DNA of 64,000 bases, taken from contig JBAZCA010000001.1 in NCBI GenBank assembly GCA_041671125.1, forward strand, positions 72,120 through 136,119. Reading direction: 5' to 3'. Made by a program: the position numbers and the translations under genes. The stretch comes from Patescibacteria group bacterium (GTDB taxonomy: Bacteria; Patescibacteriota; Patescibacteriia; Patescibacteriales; JBAZCA01). Positions within the stretch are counted from its first letter, which is position 1, and each line of letters begins with the position of its first letter. Below are positions 7,842 through 18,083 of the stretch, in pieces. Below the pieces are notes generated by a model. That model worked only from the letters and a program-made list of their open reading frames with translations. It was not told the origin of the DNA and searched no databases.

Positions 7842-10220
7842 GTGTCCTACAAATTCGCCCAAGTAATATTAAGCTCAAAAACCGGCTCCAAAGTCTGGAG
7901 CGATATTTATTTATCGGAAACCGACGCGGAAAAAGAAATGCGGCTCGGGAAACTTTTTATTTTGGTTGAAATTAGCGGAAACCGGAATGACAGCCTGAAA
8001 ATAATTAACTTCCTTTTAGCGGAAATCCCGAAAAGTTATTACCAGAACGAGCAGTACTTTTTTAAGGAATCGGGTCTCATAAAAATTGACCTGCTGCTTG
8101 AATCCGCCCTGACCGCCACCAATAAATCCTTTTCCCGCTTTTGCCGGGACGAGCGGATCCGGCTCCCGGAAAAAAAATCAAGCCTCACTGTCGGGGTCAT
8201 CCATAAAGACGCGATTTATTTTTCCTCCAGCGGAACCAACAAGGCCTATCTCGCCGCCAGGATAAAGGAAAATGGCGGTGTAAGAACGAGGCTCATAAAC
8301 ATCTTAAGCGAGAGCCGCGGTCCGGCGGCGGAAACCGAATCGCGAAAATACCTTTTTTCCCATATCATAAGCGGCCCTTTTCCCCGCGGCGCCCATGCCA
8401 TTTTTACCAATGAAACCCTGCCGGAATATTTCAGTGAAAAAAAGCTTTCGGAAATAATCACCACCCTCCCTCCGGCGAGCGCCGCCGAATTGATTAAGAA
8501 CGAACTCTCGGGCATCAGCGCCATAACTTCCATTCTCGGGCTGATCATAAAAAACCTGAAAAACGAAAAATCCGCCCGGGAAAGCCTGTCCATAACTCCG
8601 CAAAGCGATCCGAGTGCCTCCCTTTCCTACCTTGATAAAACCGAAAAGCGGACCGAAACCTTTTTAAGCCCGTCCGGGCTTCTGCCGATAAAAAACTGGG
8701 GAACAAAAATCATTGAGCGGTTAAGGGCTGGCTCACGGAAGTATTTCCCCGGAGAAAATAAATTTATCCTGATCAGAGAAAAAATCATTTCCAAAAAAAG
8801 AACCAGCCGTTTTTCTCCGAAGAAAACGCTTTTTTCTTTAACCAGATTCATCACCAGACTGGCCGAGTTAGGCCTTAAACGCTTTTCCAAGGCCAAATCC
8901 GGCAACTTTACCCCGCCCGCCGGAGCCGCGATAACAGCCGCCTTGCCCGGGGAAGACAGTAGCCCCATGATTCAACCGCACGACGCGATACTAAACCTAA
9001 GACAGAAAAAATTCACTCTCGCTTCACTAGCCGCTTTGCCTTTTTATTGTTTTTCCAGAGCCCGCTCTCTAACCGCCGGCTTAAAAAATTGGTTTACGAG
9101 CCTTGGGCGCGCGGGAAAAATTTCACTCATTGCCGGAGCCGCCTGCCTGATCCTGTTTTCCGTAAATTTATCGGTCTTAGCTAATAAGAAAAAGGGTGAG
9201 GAAATAAAAAAAACTTATAGCCGGCTGGCTGAAGAGGTAACGCAAAAACAGAACCAGATTGAAGCCTCTTTCCTCTACGGCAATGAAAAAGGGGCTAAAG
9301 ACCTGATTATTGAAGTCGCGGGCATTCTTGATCAATTTCCCAAAAACGTTGGCGATATCGCCCGATATGAGGAACTTAAGAAAAAATTTCTGGAACAGGA
9401 AGAAAAACTGAGCCGCGCGATAAAAATCGCGGATCCGAAAACGCTCGCCGATTTCTCCATTGCCGCGGCCGGCGCCGACCCGCTCTATCTCGCCCAAGCG
9501 GGCGAAAAAATATTCGCTTACGACCGCGCCTTGGCGAGCCTTTTTAAGATTGATGAAAAAAACAAAGCTGTTACTTCAATAGCCATCCCGGCCGAATTTA
9601 AAAGCCTCTCGGCGCCAGTTACTGATAAAAATAACGACTGTCTTTTTAAATCAGAAAACAAGATCGCCGCCTTAAACCCGGCGGAGGAAAAATGGGCCAA
9701 CCGGGAGCTTGGTTCTGACCGAGCCGCCGGGCTGGACATCTTTTCCACCTATAACAACCGGCTTTATTTCCTTGACAAGGCCGGAGGCCAGGTTGTCCGC
9801 TTTAATAAATCCGGCGAAAGCTACGGCCCTGGCCAGAATTGGCTCACTGAAAAAGCCGATTTTAAAGATGCCCTTGACCTGGACATTGACGGCAATGTCT
9901 ATATTCTTAAGAAAAACGGAGAAGTCCAAAAATTCTTTTCCGGAAAAAAAGCCGAACTAAAAATGGAAGGGCTTATCCGCCCCATTACTGAAGCAGTAGC
10001 TCTTAAAGTGAGCCTCGAAGAAACCGGGTTTATCTATATTTTAGAACCGAAAGAAAAACGTTTGGCTGTCTTTAGAAAAGACGGCAGTTTTGTCCTCCAA
10101 TATCAGTCGGAAAAATGGAGCAACTTGAAGGATTTTATCGTTAACGAAAGCGCGAAAAAAATCTACGTCCTGAACGGCGCAGTGGTTTACGAAATAGAAG
10201 CGGAGCATTTGAAAAAATAG
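7842..10220 (+). CDS. Large hypothetical membrane protein (C-terminal beta-propeller-like repeats)
   Basis: 792-aa ORF with a GTG start. Central TM (ISLIAGAACLILFSVNLSVL). Repeated motifs NRLYFLDKAGGQVVRF, GNVYILKKNGEVQKF and KIYVLNGAVVYEI. Confidence 0.5.
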   Translation: MSYKFAQVILSSKTGSKVWSDIYLSETDAEKEMRLGKLFILVEISGNRNDSLKIINFLLAEIPKSYYQNEQYFFKESGLIKIDLLLESALTATNKSFSRFCRDERIRLPEKKSSLTVGVIHKDAIYFSSSGTNKAYLAARIKENGGVRTRLINILSESRGPAAETESRKYLFSHIISGPFPRGAHAIFTNETLPEYFSEKKLSEIITTLPPASAAELIKNELSGISAITSILGLIIKNLKNEKSARESLSITPQSDPSASLSYLDKTEKRTETFLSPSGLLPIKNWGTKIIERLRAGSRKYFPGENKFILIREKIISKKRTSRFSPKKTLFSLTRFITRLAELGLKRFSKAKSGNFTPPAGAAITAALPGEDSSPMIQPHDAILNLRQKKFTLASLAALPFYCFSRARSLTAGLKNWFTSLGRAGKISLIAGAACLILFSVNLSVLANKKKGEEIKKTYSRLAEEVTQKQNQIEASFLYGNEKGAKDLIIEVAGILDQFPKNVGDIARYEELKKKFLEQEEKLSRAIKIADPKTLADFSIAAAGADPLYLAQAGEKIFAYDRALASLFKIDEKNKAVTSIAIPAEFKSLSAPVTDKNNDCLFKSENKIAALNPAEEKWANRELGSDRAAGLDIFSTYNNRLYFLDKAGGQVVRFNKSGESYGPGQNWLTEKADFKDALDLDIDGNVYILKKNGEVQKFFSGKKAELKMEGLIRPITEAVALKVSLEETGFIYILEPKEKRLAVFRKDGSFVLQYQSEKWSNLKDFIVNESAKKIYVLNGAVVYEIEAEHLKK

Positions 10221-10250
10221 CTCCCGCACAATTTTCCATATACAGACATA

Positions 10251-10284
10251 AAAAAATACTCCTTTTGAATAAGGAGTATTTTTT
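10251..10284. terminator. Bidirectional intrinsic terminator between convergent genes
   Basis: aaaaaatactcctt-ttgaat-aaggagtatttttt. The stem is flanked by an A-run and a T-run. Confidence 0.8.
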
Positions 10285-10300
10285 ATCCCGCGCTGTAATA

Positions 10301-10723
10301 TTATTTCAAAGTGACTTTCGCGCCGGCTTCTTCCAGTCTCTTTTTCATGGCTTCGGCGTCCTCTTTTTTTATCCCTTCTTTAAGCATTTTCGGAGCGCCG
10401 TCAACTAAATCCTTGGCGTCCTTTAAGCCCATTTCGGTGAGTTCCCGAACCGCCTTAATCACTGCGATTTTGTTGGCGCCGGCTTCGGTGATCTCAACGT
10501 TAAAGCTGGTCTTTTCTTCAGCGGCTTCTACCGGAGCTCCCGGCATAGCGCCCATCATCATGGCCGGAGCCGCGGCGGATACGCCAAATTTCTTTTCCAA
10601 GATTTTAACCAGTTCGGCTAAATCTAGAACCGACATTTTTTCAATGGTCTCCACCAATGATTTAAATTTTTCCGGGATAACAACCTCTTCGGCTGCTTCG
10701 TCTTTTTTTACTTCGTCTGACAT
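10301..10723 (-). CDS. rplL: 50S ribosomal protein L7/L12
   Basis: C-terminus [56 protein letters not shown], with an Ala/Pro-rich hinge. Confidence 0.97.
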   Translation of the reverse strand: MSDEVKKDEAAEEVVIPEKFKSLVETIEKMSVLDLAELVKILEKKFGVSAAAPAMMMGAMPGAPVEAAEEKTSFNVEITEAGANKIAVIKAVRELTEMGLKDAKDLVDGAPKMLKEGIKKEDAEAMKKRLEEAGAKVTLK

Positions 10724-10813
10724 ATGTTTGAATTAAGAATTAAGAATTATGAATTAAGAATATTTTTTATTATTATTCATGATTCATTATTCATAATTCA
10801 TTTTATTAATAAA

Positions 10814-11344
10814 TCAGCTTGTTTTTTTCTCTTCAACTGCCTTAAGGACATAAACCAAATTCCTTAAATTCCCGGCCAAAGCGTTAACGAAGCCTGAAAC
10901 AGGAGCGTTAATGGAACCAACGATTTTCGCGTAAAGTTCGGTTTTGGACGGAAGGGTGGCTAGCATTTTTACCTCTTCGGCGGCCAGCGTTTTCCCTTCA
11001 AGGATACCGGCTAAAAATTCCAGCTTGCCTTCTTTTTCCTTTATGAACTTACTCGCTTCTTTGACCGGCGCCACTTCATCGCCGTAGCCAAAGATGATTC
11101 CGACCTGGCCTTCAAGGTTTTTCGCGTCAACCCCTTTAATCCCTGCGTCGGCGAGCGCCAGGTTGATTAAAGTCTTTTTGGCGACCAAAAATTCGCCGGA
11201 CTCTTTCCTTAAATCAGAACGCAATTTTTCGCTCTCTTCCACGGTCATGCGGCTGTAGCGGGCAAAAAATAATGATTTTGATTTTTTAACTTTTTCTTTT
11301 AATGTCCTTAAAATCTCGCTCTTTTGTAATCTGGTTTTAGGCAT
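10814..11344 (-). CDS. rplJ: 50S ribosomal protein L10
   Basis: 176 aa directly upstream of rplL. Typical L10 N-terminus (KSEILRTLKEKVKKSKSLFFARYSRMTVEESEKLR). Confidence 0.93.
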   Translation of the reverse strand: MPKTRLQKSEILRTLKEKVKKSKSLFFARYSRMTVEESEKLRSDLRKESGEFLVAKKTLINLALADAGIKGVDAKNLEGQVGIIFGYGDEVAPVKEASKFIKEKEGKLEFLAGILEGKTLAAEEVKMLATLPSKTELYAKIVGSINAPVSGFVNALAGNLRNLVYVLKAVEEKKTS

Positions 11345-11592
11345 ATTTGCGGTCTCGTATCACATATCACATATCTCATATCTCATATCTCATTTTCAGT
11401 ACCTTAAGTGGTCAATATTATGAGATGCGAGATATGAGCTTTGAGATACGAGATATAAGATTCAAGATAATAAAAAACTGCGGCTAAAGCCACAGCGCGC
11501 GACAATTGAAAAGCCAGCTTTTAATAAGCAGACTGCTTCATCGCCTCGGCAGGTCTTAATTTTTGCCTGCTGTCTGTGGCTAAGTTATCCTT

Positions 11593-11620
11593 AATATAAC
11601 ACAAGATAAATATTTGTCAA
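11593..11620 (-). promoter_or_regulatory. Sigma70-type promoter for rplJ-rplL
   Basis: On the minus strand: TTGACA (11620-11615), 16-nt spacer, TATATT (11598-11593). This predicts a ~240-nt leader. Confidence 0.55.
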
Positions 11621-11692
11621 TCCCCTGTCCCTTTTACCTAACCCCTCCCCGCGATGTCATAAGTCAGTAAGAGGTTAGGGGTGGGAGTTGCG

Positions 11693-12979
11693 TTAGAGTT
11701 CCTCCAAAATCGCAAGCGTCTCCCGGGCGCATTTTTCCCAGCTGTAATTCTTCGCCTGCCGGATGCCGGCCTCAACAATCCGCTTTCTTAAATCCTGATT
11801 AATAATTATTTCCCGGAGAGCCTCGGACATGGCGTAAACGTCGCTGGCGTCAAAGAAATATCCAGCGTCGCCGACGATTTCCGGTATCGGACTCCGGTTG
11901 GAGGTAGCAATCGGAATGCCGGTGCCCATGGCCTGCAAAAGCGGGATGCCAAAGCCTTCATAGCGGGAAGGAAAAACAAAAGCGTCGGCGCCTTTGTAAA
12001 AATAAGGCAGATCACTTTCTTCAATCCAGCCCGGCATAATCACTTCCCGGCCCACGTCATATTCTGAGGCCATGAAGTTGGCTTCATCATAACCGTAGCT
12101 GGCGTTGCCGGCCAAAACCAGTTTATGCCTAATCTCCGGATATTTATTTTTCATGATGCCGAAAGCTTCAACCAGGGACGGAATATTTTTCTTCCGCTCA
12201 AGCCTCCCGAGATAAAAAAGGTAAGGTTTTTCCACGCCGTATTTTTCAAGAATCATCGCGACTTTGTCCTCCCTGACTTCCGTATTGTAAAAATCTCTGT
12301 TAAGCCCGTTAGCCACCACTTTGATTTTATCCTTGCCGCCGCCATAAAGGCTAAGGATTTCGTTCTTCGTGAATTCCGATGGGCAGATGATGGCGTTGGC
12401 GCGCTTTAGGGCAAATTTTATTGACCAGGTCTGATAATCCCGGCTGTTGGCACCGTAGCGACCCAGAGTAAAAATCCTGACGAGCAAATCGGTAATACCC
12501 TGGATGCTTTTTGATTCAAAGCCGATCTTTTCCGCCTCGTAAAAATCACTCTCCCTTCCAAAGCCGACGTCATGGACCGTGACGGCGGATTTGCGCGGAT
12601 GGATAAAAGGCAGGGTGTGGGCCGGAATAAAAAGGATATCCGGCTTGCCGAACTTTCTTTTTAGCATGGCCACCGAAAGCCTTCCTTGAGTCCATAAAAA
12701 TTTAAAAGGCCAGGAAAGGACGCGGGCGCGAAAATTATTATGCGGGCTTTTTAATATCTGAAAGCCTTCCTTATCGTATTTTATTTCGCCGACGCATTCC
12801 CTTTCCATTTCCAGGCAGGTCAAATCCAATAATCCTCCGGTAAGGGGAATATCGGAATAAAGTATGTATTGGTTTTTCTTGTCCAGCCGGGCGAAATGTT
12901 TGATGATGTAATAGGAATACCATTCCGGCCCGTGGCGATGGGCGCGGTTAGCGCGGCTGGCGTCAATGCCGATAAGCAT
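11693..12979 (-). CDS. Glycosyltransferase, GT4 (GT-B fold) family
   Basis: C-terminal motif FVFPSRYEGFGIPLLQAMGTGIPIATSNRSPIPEIVGDAGYFFD (E-x7-E type). Confidence 0.85.
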   Translation of the reverse strand: MLIGIDASRANRAHRHGPEWYSYYIIKHFARLDKKNQYILYSDIPLTGGLLDLTCLEMERECVGEIKYDKEGFQILKSPHNNFRARVLSWPFKFLWTQGRLSVAMLKRKFGKPDILFIPAHTLPFIHPRKSAVTVHDVGFGRESDFYEAEKIGFESKSIQGITDLLVRIFTLGRYGANSRDYQTWSIKFALKRANAIICPSEFTKNEILSLYGGGKDKIKVVANGLNRDFYNTEVREDKVAMILEKYGVEKPYLFYLGRLERKKNIPSLVEAFGIMKNKYPEIRHKLVLAGNASYGYDEANFMASEYDVGREVIMPGWIEESDLPYFYKGADAFVFPSRYEGFGIPLLQAMGTGIPIATSNRSPIPEIVGDAGYFFDASDVYAMSEALREIIINQDLRKRIVEAGIRQAKNYSWEKCARETLAILEEL

Positions 12980-13046
12980 AGCTTATAAATTTCAAATATC
13001 AAAATCAAAATGGAAAATAACAGATTAAAATTTTAAATTATTTTAT

Positions 13047-13132
13047 CGTCATCCTGAGCGTAGCGAAGGATCCCGTGAATAGAGCTATTACCACGAGATT
13101 CTTCCCCGCCGATTCGGCGGGTCAGAATGACG
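13047..13132. repeat. Structured ~85-nt palindromic repeat, copy 1 (MITE/REP-like)
   Basis: The first 52 nt (gtcatcctgagcgtagcgaaggatcccgtgaatagagctattaccacgagat) are identical to 46757-46808. The ends pair (gtcatcctgag / gtcagaatgac). Confidence 0.85.
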
Positions 13133-13159
13133 AATTATTTTTGATTTTTACATTTTACA

Positions 13160-14167
13160 TCATTTCGTCGCCAGTATTGACCTCTTATAGCTATCCAAAT
13201 TGTCCAAGGCAATTCCCGTTCCCTTGGCCACGCACAATAATGAGTCGTCGGCGACATAAGCCGGGACGCCGGTAGTCCGGGAAACAAGCTGGTCAATGTT
13301 GCGTAAGAGCGAACTGCCGCCCGAAAGGACAATGCCTTTATCCATGATATCGGCGGCCAGCTCCGGCGGAGTGTCGTGCAAAACCCGCTTAGCGGCGTTT
13401 ATAATCGCTTCCAGTTCGTTTTGAATCGCTTCGGTCACATCGTCTGATTTTACGGTTATGGTCCGCGGCAGGCCGGTTACGAGATCGCGGCCCCGAACTT
13501 CCATGGTAAGTTTGTCCTCAAGATAAAGAGCCGAACCGATGTTGATTTTTATGTCTTCGGAAGTGCGCTCGCCGATGGCCAGGTTATATTTTCTCCGGAT
13601 GTATTCAAGAATGGCGGCGTCAAACTTATTGCCGCCTACCCGGACCGAAGTTGACGTAACAATGCCGCCTAAGGAGATGACTGCCATTTCCGAAGTGCCG
13701 CCGCCGATGTCTATGATCATATGCCCGGAAGCCGAGCCGATCGGAATGTCGGCGCCTATTGCCGCCGCTACCGGCTCCTTAATAATATAGGCGGCTTTAG
13801 CTCCGGCCGCGATAGTCGCGTCAATAACCGCCCGGCGCTCGGTTGAGGAAATTCCGGCCGGAACCGCGACCATGACTTCCGGCCGGAACAATTTTATTCC
13901 GCCCGTGGCTTTGTTGATAAAATAACGGAGCATGGCCTCCGTAGTCCGGTAATCGGCGATAACGCCATCCTTTAAGGGCTTTAGGGCAATAATAGTATCC
14001 GGCGTCCGGCCGATCATGTCCTTAGCTTCGTTTCCCACGGCGAGTACTTTGCGGTCAACCATGGAAACCGCGACAACCGAAGGCTCATTAATAACAATCC
14101 CCCTTTTTGGGAGATGGACCAGAGTATATGTTGTCCCCAGGTCAATGCCGATCCGTTTTATGAACAT
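13160..14167 (-). CDS. mreB: Rod-shape-determining actin homologue MreB
   Basis: IGIDLGTTYTLVHLPKRGIVINEPSVVAV..., DIGGGTSEMAVISLGG, and full length of 335 aa. Confidence 0.95.
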   Translation of the reverse strand: MFIKRIGIDLGTTYTLVHLPKRGIVINEPSVVAVSMVDRKVLAVGNEAKDMIGRTPDTIIALKPLKDGVIADYRTTEAMLRYFINKATGGIKLFRPEVMVAVPAGISSTERRAVIDATIAAGAKAAYIIKEPVAAAIGADIPIGSASGHMIIDIGGGTSEMAVISLGGIVTSTSVRVGGNKFDAAILEYIRRKYNLAIGERTSEDIKINIGSALYLEDKLTMEVRGRDLVTGLPRTITVKSDDVTEAIQNELEAIINAAKRVLHDTPPELAADIMDKGIVLSGGSSLLRNIDQLVSRTTGVPAYVADDSLLCVAKGTGIALDNLDSYKRSILATK

Positions 14168-14325
14168 AATTAATCAATGATCAATTATCAATTTACAATG
14201 ATCAATGAATTTTCAATTTTTCAATTAATCAATGAACTAAAAATTCGTTTGAAAATTAAATAATTGCTTAATTGAAAATTTACCTGCCTGCCGGCAGGCA
14301 GGTTGAAAATTGATCATTGATAATT
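14168..14325. repeat. AT-rich inverted repeat (family copy 2) enclosing a GC palindrome
   Basis: 36-nt core 14174-14209 is identical to 1519-1554. 3' arm ttgaaaattgatcattgataatt. Embedded palindrome acctgcctgccggcaggcaggt at 14282-14303. Confidence 0.85.
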
Positions 14326-14372
14326 CTTTTACTCAGACGCTTAATTAGCCTATAAGTCATTCTTGCTAACAA

Positions 14373-16631
14373 TTATTCCAAATCAACTCCGAACATTTTG
14401 TCCGTATTTAAATCCGTCTTCCAGATTATCATGTTATCCTTAACCTTATCCGCCGAAAATCCGGCCGGACTGTAAGCGGTGATATTTTTCCCGAAACTGA
14501 GTTCCACTTCGGCTTCGCTCACCCGGTTGCCGGGCTGTTTTTGCAAATACAGTTCATAACGGTCTTCAGCATATTTTTTATAAATACCGGCCGGCAAACG
14601 GTATTCAATGGCGATGTTTTTTATTTTTCCCGGCTCAACCGTAAAAAACCCACCAAAATAAGTTTTGTCGTCCGCAACGCTACCGCATTCGGACGGGAAA
14701 GAATTTTCCTTAAGTTCTTCCGCCACCGAACTCTCAAAGCCGTCAGCTGAAACCAACTCTGATCCGGCCGGAACGAAAATTCGGGTGTAGCTCCGGTACT
14801 TTGTTGACCGCCAGCTAAAATCCCCCTGATGGGCGTAATTAAGAGTCACTTTGGCGTAAAGGGCGCCGTCTTTTTCGCGGACTTCATAAATGATATTTTT
14901 ATTCATAACCGAATCGCTCTTAAAGGCGGCCAGGTTGGCGTCAACGGCCATAAAATAATCATTATCCGCCGGCTTCATTTCCCCGGCAATCCCCTCCTCA
15001 ACGGCGAGTCGCTCCAAATCGCAATCCTTGAAATACATCATAATGTTCTTCTCGTCAATATTGGAGTCAACGGCTTTAAAAATCTCGCCCCAGCGGCTAA
15101 ACGGCAAATCAAAAAGCCGAATTTTTAGTTCCTGGGCGATCATGCCTACCATCTCCTTCCGGTTCCATTCGCTTTCCCCTAAATCCCGGTAAGCCACTTC
15201 CACCCGCCATTCCAAAAGTTCGGAAAAATTATCCTTATTGTATTCATGGCCTCCAATAGTCATCGGGCCGGTGATGGCTAAAAGGTCGGTGATAAATTTC
15301 GGCGTTATCGCTATAATTCCGTCAAAATTTCCGGCCTCGGCGCTTACTCCGCCCGGCGCGGACGCGAATAATTCAGCGGCTTTAGCGTCCTTGCCTGAGA
15401 GTCTTGTTTCTTCGTTAAAAAACCATTCAGCCGTTCTCGCGGTTTCGGGAAAATCCGGCGACCAGTTGGAATCCCGGAAATACCACTTCTGCGCCAAATA
15501 CTCTTTTAAGGGCGCCGGAGGATCAACGTTAATCTTGTCTTTTACCGGCATGTCAAGATGATAGGAATCCTCAGTGTCAAATTTAACGATATCACCATAG
15601 TAAGTCTCCATTACCCCGTAGTTGCCGATAAAACCGCCGGCCGGCCGGAGTTCGTCATTGTTTTCAAGAAGGAAGAGAAAATTTTTCTTCTCCGGATAAC
15701 CAGCCAGCTCAGGCAAAAATTTCGCCGCCGGTATGGCTCGGGCGAGAAATTCCCTTCCCATATCCACCTGTTCTTTTAAGTCATTGATTTTTCCCTGCGC
15801 CGGATAAAGGATTAGCGGAAATCGGACCTTTTGAAGGTTTAGTGACGCGAGATCCAGGTTGGCTTTAAGGCCGGCCAGTTCGGGCCCGCTTTCGTAAAGA
15901 TACCCGAGAACCTTGCCTTTTTCCTCCTGGCTTAGTTTTGAAAAGTCATTATCTTCCCGGGCAATGAGGTTTTGGAGCTCCCGATAAAATATTGTTCCCC
16001 GACTGACAGTCCGGGCGAGTATGTCGGCGGTTACGGTGAGGTATTTTAAGTCTTCCGCCGTACTGCCAACGAGGGGAATATATCTTAAAACACTAGAATT
16101 TATTTCATCCGCCTTGGCTGACGCGGATTTAAAATTCATTTCCGCCGATCGGCTTAGCGCCATAGAACCCTCAAAGTCCTTTTCCCGGGCTAAGGCCGCG
16201 GCAGAGAGTAAATTCTCCCGGCCCTCCAGAGACTTAAAAATTATAACCGAAAACATCCAGGCGGAAATTCCGGTTAAAACAACGAGAAGCGCCGCCAACC
16301 CGATTAAAAGCGGGGCGAATAATCTCAGGCGTCCGGCTATTTTGGCGAGCCGCCTTTTCTTTTTGACCGGCGGCAGGTTCCCATAAAATTCTTTTGCCTG
16401 ACCAATGATTTTTTTCTCTTCGGCAACAATAAAATCTCCGACCTTTTTTTCCGCCTCTTTCGCGCTGGCAACAATTTTTTCTTCCCCAACCCTAACGAAC
16501 CGGGCGGCATTTTCCGCCTCTTTTAAGGCAAAACGGCCAACCTCTTTTATCTCCCGCCCGACCCGCTCATAAGCCCGGGCAAAATCAATTTTTTTCTCTT
16601 TATTAAACATAATTGAACATAAAAAAACCAT
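14373..16631 (-). CDS. DUF4012-like membrane-anchored protein
   Basis: N-terminal TM (LFAPLLIGLAALLVVLTGISAWMF). Motif NNDELRPAGGFIGNYG, which I associate with DUF4012. The start may instead be the internal ATG at 16610. Confidence 0.55.
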   Translation of the reverse strand: MVFLCSIMFNKEKKIDFARAYERVGREIKEVGRFALKEAENAARFVRVGEEKIVASAKEAEKKVGDFIVAEEKKIIGQAKEFYGNLPPVKKKRRLAKIAGRLRLFAPLLIGLAALLVVLTGISAWMFSVIIFKSLEGRENLLSAAALAREKDFEGSMALSRSAEMNFKSASAKADEINSSVLRYIPLVGSTAEDLKYLTVTADILARTVSRGTIFYRELQNLIAREDNDFSKLSQEEKGKVLGYLYESGPELAGLKANLDLASLNLQKVRFPLILYPAQGKINDLKEQVDMGREFLARAIPAAKFLPELAGYPEKKNFLFLLENNDELRPAGGFIGNYGVMETYYGDIVKFDTEDSYHLDMPVKDKINVDPPAPLKEYLAQKWYFRDSNWSPDFPETARTAEWFFNEETRLSGKDAKAAELFASAPGGVSAEAGNFDGIIAITPKFITDLLAITGPMTIGGHEYNKDNFSELLEWRVEVAYRDLGESEWNRKEMVGMIAQELKIRLFDLPFSRWGEIFKAVDSNIDEKNIMMYFKDCDLERLAVEEGIAGEMKPADNDYFMAVDANLAAFKSDSVMNKNIIYEVREKDGALYAKVTLNYAHQGDFSWRSTKYRSYTRIFVPAGSELVSADGFESSVAEELKENSFPSECGSVADDKTYFGGFFTVEPGKIKNIAIEYRLPAGIYKKYAEDRYELYLQKQPGNRVSEAEVELSFGKNITAYSPAGFSADKVKDNMIIWKTDLNTDKMFGVDLE

Positions 16632-16754
16632 TTCCGTTTACAGACAGATTATAGCACTAAATCCGGATTTTACAATATCCCAAGCATCAAATTCCAAATT
16701 ATAATATTTAGACTTTTGTATTTGAACTTTGAAATTTGTTATTTGGAATTTTTT

Positions 16755-18008
16755 TTATTCCCTCCTTAACGCTTCCACCGGATCCAGGCGGGCGGCTTTC
16801 CGCGCCGGATACAGCCCAAAAGCTAATCCGAATAAAAGCGAAAAACCGATTGCCACCGGATAAGCCCTGATTGGCACGGCAAATTCCCAGGCCAGACCGA
16901 AATTGGCGGCGAGAAGCGAAATAAGATAGGAAGCGATTATGCCAAAGACAATACCGATAGCGGCTCCGGCCAGGGTGATGAGAATTGATTCAAATAAAAA
17001 CTGGGCCATGATGTCGGAGTACTTGGCGCCGATTGATTTCCGCAGGCCGATTTCCGGAGTCCGCTCCGAAACCATGACGTACATGATGTTCATTACTCCG
17101 ACACCGCCGACAACGAGCGAGATAGCGACAATGGCAAGAAGGAGAAGCGTAAGGGCGCCGGTTACGGTATCCAAAATTTTCATCATCTCAGCCATGGTAA
17201 TAACAGCGAAATCGTCGCGGTCCGGGTCGGTGATGTTGTGATTTTCACGGACGATAAGACGGATTTCATCGGCGGTTTCATCAGCCAGGTTAACGTCGTT
17301 TAATTCATGGATTATGTACATGACATGGTCAATGCCCATGATCTTTTTCTGCAAAGTCCTGATCGGGACGTAAACATAATCGTCAAAATTCATGAAAGCC
17401 ATGGCTCCGCGCTCCTCCATCACCCCGATCACCCGAAATTTCTGCTTCCTAATCCTTATTGACTGTCCAATCGGGTCGCTATCGCCGAATAATTTTTCCT
17501 TTATTTTCGCGCCGAGCACCGCCACTTCCATGAGCGAGCGATCTTCGGCGTCGGTAAAAAACCGCCCAATCCCGATTTCCGACTGGTCAATGTCTATATA
17601 AGTCGCGCTGGTTCCAAAGAGAAAGGATTTTTTCAGTTCATTGCCATAGCTTACCTGCTCCTGCCCGAGAATCCCGGCGTAGCTTCGCGCCACGTTCGGC
17701 AGTTTATCAATATCTTCCATATCCGAAATTTTCAGGGTAGTTACCTGGACGCCCTGAGCTTGAGCCATCCCTTGCTCGGTGTCCGAAGCCCGGCCGGTGG
17801 CAGTTTTTTTCGGCACCCGGAATTCGGTTTCAATAATGTTGGTGCCGAAAGCCTCAACCTGGCCGACAACCAGCCGCCGGATACCCTCGCCCGCGGAAAA
17901 AACAATTATCACCGAAGCGATGCCGATAACAATTCCCAAAATCGCCAACGCGGTCCGGCCTTTATTCGCCCTCAGAGCTTTTGAAGCGATTTTTAAGGAA
18001 GAAAACAT
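16755..18008 (-). CDS. ABC transporter permease, MacB/FtsX family (paralogue B)
   Basis: 417 aa. N-terminal TM, large periplasmic-type domain, then C-terminal FtsX-like 3-TM bundle (ERTPEIGLRKSIGAKYSDIMAQFLFES). Same length and architecture as 21840..23093. Confidence 0.85.
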   Translation of the reverse strand: MFSSLKIASKALRANKGRTALAILGIVIGIASVIIVFSAGEGIRRLVVGQVEAFGTNIIETEFRVPKKTATGRASDTEQGMAQAQGVQVTTLKISDMEDIDKLPNVARSYAGILGQEQVSYGNELKKSFLFGTSATYIDIDQSEIGIGRFFTDAEDRSLMEVAVLGAKIKEKLFGDSDPIGQSIRIRKQKFRVIGVMEERGAMAFMNFDDYVYVPIRTLQKKIMGIDHVMYIIHELNDVNLADETADEIRLIVRENHNITDPDRDDFAVITMAEMMKILDTVTGALTLLLLAIVAISLVVGGVGVMNIMYVMVSERTPEIGLRKSIGAKYSDIMAQFLFESILITLAGAAIGIVFGIIASYLISLLAANFGLAWEFAVPIRAYPVAIGFSLLFGLAFGLYPARKAARLDPVEALRRE

Positions 18009-18083
18009 ATTTAATCTTCAATTTTTCAATCTACAATCTTCAATTATAAAAGCTGATTAAAGATTATTTTATTGAATAATTGA

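Noticed and set aside
10311-10736. 141-aa ORF antisense to rplL, and similar long antisense ORFs (704..1144, 2061..2474, 4120..4605, 45142..45600, 45799..46431, 53551..54153, 8246..8968, and others)
   Set aside because: Each lies opposite a gene with clear family motifs. Their low-complexity Ser/Ala/Pro/Arg-rich translations are typical of shadow ORFs.
13075-13332. 66-aa and 65-aa ORFs between the glycosyltransferase gene and mreB
   Set aside because: They are produced by reading through the palindromic repeat element and the mreB 3' end. The same repeat occurs non-coding at 46757-46836.
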